Source: the human T2T-CHM13v2.0 reference genome, Homo sapiens. From it: 64,000 nucleotides of DNA. Shown here one piece after another: positions 43,601 through 64,000 of the stretch (position 1 is its first letter; every line of letters begins with the position of its first letter). Position numbers and translations under genes: made by a program. The DNA lies in assembly GCF_009914755.1 (NCBI RefSeq), contig NC_060925.1; one strand, written 5' to 3'. The notes below the pieces were generated by a model. It worked only from the letters and a program-made list of their open reading frames with translations, was not told the origin of the DNA and ran no database searches.

Positions 43601-46600
43601 CACAGCTCCACAACTCCTCTGCCCTCCACTGTGCCCATCCCGCCACCCGCAAGCACCTGAGGGCCGTGGAGCATGTCGTGGGGAGCTGGGGCTGCGGCTC
43701 CTTTTCCCAGGCTGCAGGAAGGGGTCCCCCAGCAGTGTCTGGGCGCTGGCTCGGAGGCGGGGGTCTGGCTCAAAAGTTCGGAGGAGAAAGGCTTGGGCCT
43801 CGGCCGACAGAGAGCTGGGCATTGGCGGATGGACCTTGTACATACCCACCTGTGGGGGGAGGGTGAACAAGGGTGACATTCAGAGGTGTCCAAGGCCCAG
43901 GCTGGCCCTATGCCACTTCCATGGGCCAGGCCCAAAGAGGTCTCACCTGAAACATGGCAGCCTGTGGGCTCCCGAGCTCGTGGAAGGGGGGGCGACCTGT
44001 GGCCATCTCAATGACAGTGCAGCCCAGTGACCAGATGTCAGCTGCTTTCCCATACCCGCGTGGGCCCTGGTCAATGATTTCTGGGGCCATATACTGCAGA
44101 GTTCCTAGGACAGAAACAGGAGCACCAATGCCCATCTAGGCTTCATCATGGGGTTGGAGCAGGGAGGGGAATGCCGTCATCCTCAGGCCGACTGCACCCA
44201 TACTGAACCTATCATCCAAAATATACCTCAACACCTATCCTGGTCATCAAACATCTATCCTGAGTTCCATCACCACCCTGGGCTCCATCGCCTGCCAAGG
44301 CTTCCGTCATTCATCCTGGGCTCCACCACATTCACAGACTCCATCACCCACAGTAGTGCTCCAGCACACATCCTGGATTGCCTCGTCCCCCTGAACTCCA
44401 TCACCTGCTTTTTCCTCCAACTCCCACCTTGGCCTGCATCAACACTCCTCAAGTGCTAAAGTCAATTTCATCACTTCTCCAAGCTCCAGTTCCAGATGCC
44501 ACCACCTCAGCCCTGGCCCAATCACTCACCCTGGGTTTCATTCCCCATTAGGACTCTAACTCCATGCCTAGGAGAAACCCCCTTCCCTGGAAAGTTCCAA
44601 GAGATCTTCTGCCCCAGGTCAGCATCCCCACTCACCACCCCCACACCTTGTTACCTGTGAAGGTCTCAGTGCAAGGTGTGATGCCTGCCAGCCGCTTGGA
44701 GGTGCCGAAGTCAGAAATCTTGAGCAGCCCACTGAAGGTGTTGATCAGCACATTGTCCCCCTGATTGACAGCCATTAGTGGACACTGGTCTGGGCCCCTG
44801 CCAGCAGAACTAGACCCTCTTTCTGGGATCCCATCTCCTGGAGATCCCAGCCTGGTCCTGCCTCTGTCAACACTCTCCCCTTGCCATCCCACTTATATGC
44901 CCCTCTGGGAGCTGACAATTGGTTTGGCTTCAGAGCTGAACCTTTCCCCTCCTTCTCTAAGGAGCCTCCCTGATGAATTCCCTACCCTTTGCAACAGGTC
45001 TGCTCACTTAATCTAAACTGCCAGCCTGCGTCTGGGACCATGTTTCCTTCCCCGCCACCCTCAGCAGATGAGGGCGGGCCAGCCCCAGGGCTTACTTTTA
45101 TGTCCCTGTGCACGATGTGGTTGTCGTGCAAGTAGCCAAGTCCCTGCAGGATCTGGCGGGTGTAGAAACTGATGGTGCTCTCGTTGTCCTTCAGGGGTCC
45201 CCACACCGACCGCAGCAAGGAGGACAGGCTGCCTGGGTGGGGACAGTCCAAGTTCATTCTTCCCACCCACTGGCTCCAGCCCACATCTCTCTGCTCAAGG
45301 CCCAGACACACCCATGTTGTAGCCCAACTCCATCACCCAGCGCCACTCCTCAGCTAATTCTAGGCTACACCACCCACACGCACTAGGGTGCATTTCCCCC
45401 TAGGGCTCTCTACCCCTGCCTGCCTCGGTCCCATGCTTCACACCTCGGTTTCATTCCCATCCCACACAGGGCAGGTACCTCCAGGCACTTCCTCCATGAA
45501 GATCTTAAGGTAGCCGCCCTGGCTAGCTGAGCCCAGATAGCGCACTATGTTCTTGTGGCGCAGGCGTCTGTGAAGAGCGATCTCTTCATGCAGGGGCTGA
45601 GAGAACCTGAGGGGAGGTAAGGGAGAGAGGAAAGGGACCGAGGTGGGCAGAGAAGCCCCGCCCATCCCACGCCAGCCTGGCCCCGCCCCAAGGACCCGCC
45701 CCGCCCACAAGCCCTCTCCGACCTTCCCCACCCTTACTACCCTGCCCACAGGACCCTCCAGACCTCAATCCCGCCCGCACGGTCCTGGCTGTTCCGCCCA
45801 CGGGCCCAGTCCACAGGGCTCGAACTCTCAGGTCCTACGAGCCCGCCCACTAGGCCCCGCCCACAGGAGCCGCTCCGCTCGTGGCCCGGCTCACTCGGCC
45901 CTCGCGAGCCCTCAGCCCCACCCGCGCTGCCACGCACCGCACCTGCTGTCCCGCTCCGGGATCTCCTTGATGGCGATGCGCACCCTCGTGTGGCGATCGC
46001 GGCCCGCGTACACCACCCCATACGTGCCCTTGCCCAGCACCAGCCGCTCGCCCGTCTCCGTGTACTCATAATCAAACTGCCGGGCGCGGGGTGAGATGGG
46101 AGTTCAGCAGGGCCCGCGGCCCCTCGCCCTCCGCGAGCTCCCAGTCCCGCGTCCTCACCTCCAACATCTCCCCCGCGCCCTCCGCCTCCTCCGCGGGCGC
46201 CGTGGAATCCGGGTTCGTCACCCAGGCCTGGATCAGGCCGCAGAACCTGAAGGTGGGGGAGGTCAGACCCGCGGGAGGGGCATCTTGGTCCCCACCTAAG
46301 CCGGAGCATCCAACGGACGTCGTCCCTTTCTTTCCCCCACTCCCCCCCGGGCATCCTGGCCCTCAGAGTACCCCGACCATGAAAGGCTGCGCACCACTGG
46401 CAGTGCCCTACGCTGGGGAAGCACAGCTGGACGTCCTGAGCCGGGGGGAGTGCATAGAGGAAGCAGCAGCGCTCGTCGCGCTTTGAGGCGCTGGGAAGGG
46501 ATGAAGAACCCAGTAAGCGTCAGGCTGGGTGGCAGCGACCCTCACCTCCCGTCTTTCCAGTCACCCCAGGTCCCGCCTATCACCTGACTCCGCATATGGA

Positions 46601-49600
46601 GGCGACTGGGAAGGTCCAGCTGGAGGGAATGTCCTGCAAGAAGAAATGGGGTGTGATGGGGAGTGCTGGTGACAGGAGAGGGGTCTGAGGATGGGAGAAA
46701 GGCTCCACAGAAAAGGTCCTAGCAAAGGTGAGTGAGGGGCCTCAGCAGCGACTTCACCTGGGTCTCAGGCTCCAGCAGGCTCAGGGTCACTGTGCTTACT
46801 GGGTCAGTACCCCGAACCTCGAGCTTTGCAGGCAGCAGCACCTTGTTCATCTCCAGGACCAGCACCTGCAGGCAGTTGGGGAGTGGGGTCAGTCAGAAGG
46901 GGCTTACCCCTTTCCCGGGTCCACCACCCCTACAGGCCTCACCAAGCACTGGTCGCCCTGGGCACAGGCTGTCTTGAATGGTTGGCAGGACTGTAGCAAG
47001 AAGTGGAGCCAGAAGTGGGCACGGCGTGGTGGCCCTCCAGGGGGCTCTGGCGTGGGCCTGAAGTGCTGGTAGAGCAGGAAGGTCTCCATCACGGACACCA
47101 GGTACCTGCATGCAAAGCCACATCCTCAGTTCAGCCCAGGCACCAACCAGCACTGCCAGGGAGAGGAAACTGGCCTGGATATAGCTAGAACGTTGGCATG
47201 GGGTGCCACGGGCACTGGTCTAAAAGCAGCCAGGTCATTGGCTCAGGGTTCAGTCTAGCATGCCAATGGACATAGGTGCAGGAGCTGACAGCCCAGGACA
47301 GGCCAAGAATGCAGAGGGGGCCACCTACCATATGGGGGCATTGAGCTTATACAGCTGCTCTGCAGCCAGCACCACCTGGATGGGGTCATTGGCGAGGATC
47401 TGGGCTCCCAGGTAGAAACCCACATCCCAGTAATACTGCATCTTCTCCACGCAGCCTTTGCGGGCCAGCAGGCAGCCCAGCTTCATGCCTGGGGGAGAGA
47501 GGCATGGGCTCCAGTGAGTGTGGGTGCAGGGGTGAGTGAGGCCCACCATTTCTGTGGGCCCGAGTGTGGACATGAACATAGATATGAGTATGGCATTGAG
47601 TATGGCAAGATCTCGGGTGGGAACAGGAGCTCAGGCACAGGTATATGTGGAATTCAGGATGTAATGGACACGCAGATGTGAGTTTGGGAACATTTGTGGG
47701 TTTGAGGGCTCCTGAGGGCCCAGAACAGGTATGAGGACCCAGGTGTGGGTATGGGCAGGACAGTCCAAAATGGATGAGCTCATCCTAGCTCTTGCCCAGT
47801 GTGCTCTCTCCCTGCCCTCTTCCCAGGCCCCTCGGAACCCCTGTGGGTGACGAGACAAGAGCCAGGATCTGTGCTCACCTATTAGCCGGAGCTCTTTGGA
47901 ATCCTCAAAGTGCTGCCCGGCAGCAATGAGGAGCACAGCTGCATTGATGCCTGAGTGAAGGCTGGGCTCTACGTCAAAAGCCTTGCGATACCTGGGGTGG
48001 GGGTAGGGGGCACAGGGCTGGACTGATGCCCACAGCACCACCCCTCATCTCACAGCTTAGCCCACCGGCCACTCACTGTGCTCTTTACCAGTGATAGGCC
48101 TGCTCCCGGTGCCCAGCATCCTGGAAACCCGAGCTGAAGAACATGTCCTTGTAGATACGGCCACACATGCAGTACAGATCGGGCGCCACAGAGCCCTCAA
48201 GCTGTACCAGCGGCAGCAGCACAGACAGGGCCTTCGCCCGGTCCCCAGGCCTGTTCCTCCTAGGGAAAAGATGGGCTCAGGCCCTCCCTGATGGCCCTGG
48301 CCTACTCTGTCCAGGGACCTCTAGACACTGAACCAGCAGGGACCCTTCCAGGGGCCTGACAATAATGACCTCAAAATGATAATGACCCTGGCCAGCACTG
48401 ACCTCTCTAGTGACCTCAGATGGAAGTGATTCCTAGATGCGATGACTCTTAGGAGCAGTGATCTTGGACAGCGGTGACCATACCACAGGCAGCACCACCT
48501 CCCCCACCCCGACCCAGGCAGCAGTAACTCAGAACAACAGGGACCTATTGACATCAGTGACCCCGGTCAGCAAATTCCCCGAACAGCAGTGATCCCAGAC
48601 AGCAATGGCTTTGCACGCAGAGACCTAGGTTTCGGAAACCTTTATGTGGCTATGACCTAACCCTTGCTCTGCCACTCACCGGTTGAGGGCAAAAGTGTAG
48701 TGGAAGCAGACATTATGCTGCTCGGCCACATCACAGGTGGGCAAGGCCTGCAGCGTCTCCACCAGCTCAATGATGGCCGAGTAGTCCTGCATCAGGGAAC
48801 GGCAAGCACTGGCATCATGGGCCTCCAGGCCCCAAGGAACCTTGAGCCAGGGTCCTGTCCCACTCCTGACATCCCACCCAGCCACCATCTTCTGCACGCC
48901 TCCCTCAGGCCCAGCGGACACACCTCACAGGGAGAACCTACTGTATGCCCCATGCTGGGCGTTCCCAACCCCACAACTGCCCCAGGAGGCAGCGACATGC
49001 TCATCCTCTCTAACAAATAAGGAGGCCAACACTCAGAGACATTGGATAATTTGCCCAAAGCCACCAGTGAGCAAGTGGCCCAGCCAGGAACTGAACTTGG
49101 GTTTGTCTGACCTCAAATGCCAGCTGCCCTACTGCCTCTCTGAACACCACGCACCTGCACATCGCGGTAGGAGAGCAGCAAGTTCATGATGATGTCGGGG
49201 CTCAGCAGCTCCACGCTGTCCAGTCTCCGCTGCAGGCGAGCCAGCTCCTGCCGCAGCTGTGGCCCACTGAACCGCTCCCGCGCCTGCCGGATGTCCCGCC
49301 GAATGGTCTCCCGGAAATAGCCACTGATGCCCAGGGTAGGGGAGGCAGGGAGAGAGAATGGTGGGGCCTGTACCTCAGCCCCAGCCCACCATACCCTCAC
49401 CAGCCCCCTCCTGGAGCACCCTCCCTGGGGGCCTTCATTACCAAGAGTCTGTGGGTGTGGCCTCCAGCAGGCGGGCAAGCCGGCCCACCAGGGGAGTGAG
49501 CAGGGCCTCGGTCCCCACTCCAGCCTGTACCAGCCCATCAGCCAGGCCCCGCAGAAGGCCTGCATCACCACACAGCACCCGACCAGTGGCCGTCACCACA

Positions 49601-51835
49601 TAGGGGATCAGTGTGTAGCTGCCAACGCAATCCTGGTGGGAGGGAGGCAGGAATCAGTGAGGTCAGAGGTCAGCACAGGGCTAGACAAGGGGAGTGAGAG
49701 CATCAAAGGTCAGCATCAGTGGGAATTGGAATCGCAGGAAAGGGGCACCCGTCATGAGAGGAGGCAACAGGAAACAGAGGAATACTTGGGATGTCAGTGG
49801 GGGGTTAGGTGACTGAGGAGGCCAGGGGGATTAGTGGAGGTCAGAGGTCATAGCGGAAGTCAAAGGGCACTTTTGAGTGAGAGGTGGATTCTGCTCACCG
49901 AGTTCTTCTGGAAAACATCCTCCTGCAGGAGGCAGACAGTCAGATACTGGTGTTCTGTGTAGGCCTTACCCCAGCCCTGTGCCTGCCTCCACCAGCCCCA
50001 GGCCACCTACCCGCAGGGCCTGCAGGTCAGGGAGGTCGGCCTGGGAGCAGAGGAGCACATTGTTGGTCATGCTGAAGCTCTCACGCACACCAAGGTGGTA
50101 GAACAGGGAGGGCTGTACCAGCGAGCTGCTCACCTCCAGCACCACCACATCTGCAGGCACAGAGGGGGTGGCGCTGATCCCTGAAGCCCAGCTTGATGGG
50201 GAAGGAGCCGGGGTCCATCCTGGCTTGACCTGCCTTGCTGTGGGACTCCAGTAGGGTCTGGTTCTGCTTTGGGCTTCAGTCGGCCCTTTTTAGGGTTCCC
50301 CTGGCACTTTCACAGAACTGATCTCTGTAGTGTTGCAGGAGAGGAGTTGGGCTCACTGGGTTGGGACCCTCAGGCCACGGTTCAGAGCCTGTGAGCACCT
50401 GGCATGGGGGAAGGGAGGCTGTGGACCAGTTGAGTCTGTTACGGGCCATTTAGGAGGTGGGAGTTGCGCAAACATAGAAGTCCCCTCCCTTTGGTCTTCA
50501 GCACAGGCTCTTGAAAGGGGCTACCATCAGTGTGCATAGACAACGCTGTGCCTAAATGTATGTATGTGTATATCTGTGACATGTATAGCTTACTATGTCT
50601 GACTGTATCTGTGTGTGTGACAGCGTCTGCTAGGGCCTGCATGAGTCAACATGTATGCGATTTGTGTCTGTCGATAATTGTATCTTTGTGTCCGAGTGGT
50701 CGGGTCAGCCTTCATTTTAGGCTACGATTTCATGGACATCCAGGAAGCACAGCTACTGGACTCTAGCATAAGCAAGTAAGTATGGGGGCCGAGCATCCGG
50801 GCTGGCTGGAGGGAGGAGTGACTCGCGGGGGAATAGCCTCCTTCTGGCCCCGCCCCTGAGCCATCCTTTCCCGCCCACTTCCCCGCCCCTTCCCCGCCCA
50901 TTCTTTCTGGGCCGCTGAGGCCACTTAACCTAAGCTCCCTCACCCAGTATCCAGTCCCGTCGGGCCCCTTCGCTTCTCTTTTTGCCTCTCCTAGCCCGAT
51001 CCTTGGAAATAGTATGCTAGGACTCCTGAACTCCAGCCTCCCGGCCCCTTTCCCTAAGTCCAAGCTCCTCTCCCAGTAATTGTCCTCAAGAGATCCGCGT
51101 GACATTCTCCTGAGGGTGAGGCTGAGTTCTCCAACCCCACCCCTGAGACACCACAGCCCCGCGCCGCTCCCCGCCCCGCCCCAGAGTTCCAAAGCCCCTC
51201 CCCATCCTTGCCCCGCTGGCTGGGCACCGCTCCGACTGAAGGGTGCCTAAGCCCCAACCTCGAGCCCTAGAGCCGCGCCCGGATCCCTGTCTCGTCCCGA
51301 GCCCGGCCGCGCCCCAGATCCCCTAAATCCCACTTTTTTCACGGCCCTGTCCCAAGCCCTTCAGCTTTAGCTCACTTTAAGTCCCCTAGACCCGGTACCC
51401 CTCTCGGCCCCTCCCTTGAGCCTTCGAGCCCGGCTTGGTCCCCTCCCAGGACCCTGAGTCCCGCCCGGATCCGGCCCCGCCCCCAGCGCTCTCACCCGCG
51501 TTGTAGAAGGCATCCAGAGCCGCGGTGTCGCCTAGCTCCAGCGTCCCGAAGGGCAGGCTGCGCAGCTGCGGGGGCGGCCGCGGCCGGGGGACCTGCGCGC
51601 AAGCCTCGCGCAGGCAGCGCAGGGGCAGCGGCTCCGCCTCGGTTCCCTCCCGAGGCTCGAGCCCGGGCTGCGGCTCCCGGGTCAGCACGTAGACCACGCT
51701 GAGCGGCCGGCTCCGCGCGCAGCCCCGGCCCGGGGGCGCCGCGAGCTGCCGGCCCCGGCTCAGCGCCACGGCCAGCGGGTCCTGCCAGCAGCTGCCGGCG
51801 CGCTCCGCCCCGGACCGGGGACACGGCCCCGCCAT
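40629..51835 (-). CDS. MAP3K6: Mitogen-activated protein kinase kinase kinase 6 (ASK2), 1288 aa, 29 coding exons
   Basis: Exons in 5'->3' order: 51496-51835, 50011-50150, 49899-49922, 49442-49632, 49155-49323, 48680-48786, 48089-48259, 47879-47991, 47329-47488, 46943-47105, 46758-46865, 46584-46633, 46395-46490, 46159-46246, 45943-46076, 45479-45606, 45096-45232, 44655-44760, 43947-44104, 43657-43849, 43419-43557, 42949-43114, 42638-42814, 42247-42352, 41828-41987, 41626-41738, 41264-41337, 40907-40983, 40629-40707. Total 3867 nt. Kinase motifs [35 protein letters not shown], and a C-terminal SAM. Confidence 0.97.
41351..41625. repeat. 96-bp minisatellite, ~2.9 copies, filling MAP3K6 intron 26
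   Basis: Units start at 41351, 41447 and 41543. The segment TCAGGTGATGAGCCCAAG is doubled at each unit junction. Confidence 0.95.
42915..42933 (+). promoter_or_regulatory. CTCF binding motif CGACCACCAGGGGGCGCTA
   Basis: Near-perfect match to the CTCF core consensus CCACCAGGGGGCGC, in MAP3K6 intron 22. Confidence 0.8.
45640..46500. promoter_or_regulatory. Intragenic CpG island in MAP3K6 (exons 13-15) with GC boxes
   Basis: CpG-dense, with repeated CCCGCCC. Confidence 0.7.
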
Positions 51836-52300
51836 GCGGGGGCGCTCAGGCGCGGGGCGCCGCGCACTGGGAACCGGGGGCGGGGCAGGAGCCTGGGCCG
51901 GCAGATCAGGAATCTTGGGATCTGGAATCCGTTCGGAATCGGAGAATCTCCCACGGGATCTAGGGATCCGGAATACGGCCTGACGTCCCGTTCCAGGAAT
52001 CTAAAGTCCAGGGAGAAATCCTAGCTCGGACTTGCAAGGTCCTGAGGTTCTGAAATCCGGGATTGGGTCCCAGGAATCTGGGGCATCCGGTGATCGGCAG
52101 CTCAGAGCCACTTGGGGGATCCTGGGAATCGGCTCGGAGGTGCCCGCCACCTGGACTTCTCAAGGGAGCGCCCGCCAACGCTGCCCTGCCTTCACTTGTA
52201 GGCTAAGCCCAGCCCTTTCCCGGCCGACCCAGAAAGCTCCACCCTCGGCCCTGGGGCAGAGCCGCTCCCTAGCGGCTTGAGACTCAGCCTCTCCCCTCCC
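51150..52300 (-). promoter_or_regulatory. MAP3K6: MAP3K6 promoter and exon 1 CpG island
   Basis: CpG-dense around ATG 51835, with GC boxes and a CRE-like TGACGTC at 51981-51987. Confidence 0.8.
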
Positions 52301-53276
52301 TTCTCTCCCGCCAGAACTTTGGAGACTGGCGGCTTCCGGAACAGCCTGTGCCCCTGTGCACGCCAAAGACTGTGGACTGCTCACAGCAAGTGCACATAAA
52401 ATGTGTGAGGAGGCCAGGGCTAGGGAAAAGGTTCGATATGCAGGCCCTGCTCTGCAGGTATCTGTTGAATGAATGGCTCTCTAGAGACATCAGGGTGCGC
52501 AGAGCATGATGAACAATGGGTGTCCTCCCGGGCCCAGTGAGCGCAGGCAGGGAGGGACTGGGATGGGGGAAACCTACACCCTAGGCCGCTTGCCCGAAAG
52601 CCTTCAGTCCTGGAGTGGGACTTGGCATCTGAGCCTTAACTGTCACTAGGGGGCTGCTTTCCCCAGGACCCAACCTGCTGTGGACCCCCGCTGACCTTTG
52701 ACTTCTAGGCAGAACGTGGCCATGGGACCTGAGAAGCACTTCCTACTCTAAACAACTCTAAACATTTCTTTAGCCACCCCTTGAAGGAGTCAACCCCAGC
52801 CCTTTGCACTACAGCAGCTTCTCAGCTTCAAATCCCCAAGAGTCCCCAACTTTCTTGTGTGAATTAATGAGTGAGGCAGCAACCTGGTAGAAGCCTCAGT
52901 GGACCCTGAAACCAAGAACTGGGGACTTAAGTTGAATAACTTGTCCAGGATCACTCAGCACATGACAGCAGGGTGCAAACCCAGGACCGCCTGTCAGACT
53001 CTTAACTATTTAATTCTGCCACTTACTAGAATGTGGCTTTGGGCAAATAAACTGCTTAAATGCTACTCAATGGCTGTTTCATTGCCCTGTTGCCTTGTGG
53101 AAGAAAAAGGTACCTTCCTTGGTTTGACCTTGGATTCGAACTGACACCCAATGAGATAGGCAGGAAGTGGTAGAGTTTGAGAACTTGGCCTGCAACAGAG
53201 GCTGGAGTGGAAAACAGACAACTTACAAAGGACAGGCATGGGCAACCGACAGGCTGAGAAAGCTGTGCAATTCCCA

Positions 53277-54143
<867 letters not shown>

Positions 54144-54366
54144 TCAATGGATGCTTGAATCTCCTCCAGTCCTTCCACTATATGCCCCTCTGGCCTTGTC
54201 TTGCACACCTCCAGAGACAGAAGCCTCACTACTTTAGAGGCTGTCCTTTCCATCTTCCTGACTGGAAGGAAATTCTTCCCTGAATGGAGCTGAAACTTGT
54301 GTCCCTGCTCTGCCCTCTAGGGTTTTTTCCCAGTAACTGGAAGAGTCTTGAAAGGGCTAAAATGAT

Positions 54367-54372
54367 TTTATT
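54367..54372 (-). terminator. FCN3: FCN3 poly(A) signal AATAAA
   Basis: Plus-strand TTTATT about 100 nt after the stop. Confidence 0.85.
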
Positions 54373-54473
54373 TTTAAATGTGGACAGGCAAGCAGAGGTG
54401 GTTGGCAAAGGCAAGGTGGCTGACGATCCGGAAGCTGTACAGGAGAGATAAGGGCACTGGCTGCCAGAGTGCC

Positions 54474-60129
<5,656 letters not shown>

Positions 60130-60161
60130 CTTGCTGGGCCCACCAGGGGAAGGATGCCAGA

Positions 60162-60166
60162 TTATA
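60162..60166 (-). promoter_or_regulatory. FCN3: FCN3 TATA-like box (TATAA)
   Basis: Minus-strand CCTTATAAT, 33-37 nt upstream of the ATG. Confidence 0.65.
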
Positions 60167-60333
60167 AGGGGGCCAGGCTGGTGGGAGGACATGAAACAAG
60201 ACTTCCTCCCATTGTCCCCCAGGGACACCCCACCCAGACTGGAGCCAGCAGGGGGTGGGAGTATTTCCTCCTTCAGCCCCAGAGAGAAAGGGCATTATCC
60301 CTGCCCTATCCAACCAGGATGGAGTCCAACATC

Positions 60334-63933
<3,600 letters not shown>

Positions 63934-64000
63934 CAGAAAAGCCTGAATTGAAACCCCGGCCCTGCCCTGTCCAGCTGTGTGACTTCAGCATGTGTACTTA

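Overview
Human (primate) genomic DNA, Alu-dense and GC-rich, matching the 1p36.11 block TMEM222(+) > SYTL1(+) >< MAP3K6(-) < FCN3(-). I rebuilt all four CDSs exon by exon from GT-AG boundaries. They close in frame at 208, 562, 1288 and 299 aa. The most unusual element is in TMEM222 intron 1: a full-length U6 snRNA copy fused directly to a 5'-truncated, spliced gamma-actin mRNA copy, with poly(A) and target-site duplication (a U6/mRNA chimeric retrocopy). It keeps an uninterrupted 197-codon flank+U6+actin ORF, an intact METTL16 nonamer and a sense-strand poly(A) signal, and lies just behind a plausible splice acceptor. Other notable items: a MAP3K6 intron built from a 96-bp repeat carrying decayed copies of its own donor; a 72-bp minisatellite beside the small FCN3 exon 4; recurrent perfect DR1 elements next to alternative splice sites; a near-consensus CTCF site; and a tandem duplication with a nested Alu between MAP3K6 and FCN3. 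No CRISPR array, tRNA or rRNA gene was seen. Most short ORFs in the track are Alu or antisense artefacts. Gene and allele names come from my recollection of the known sequences, not from a database search.
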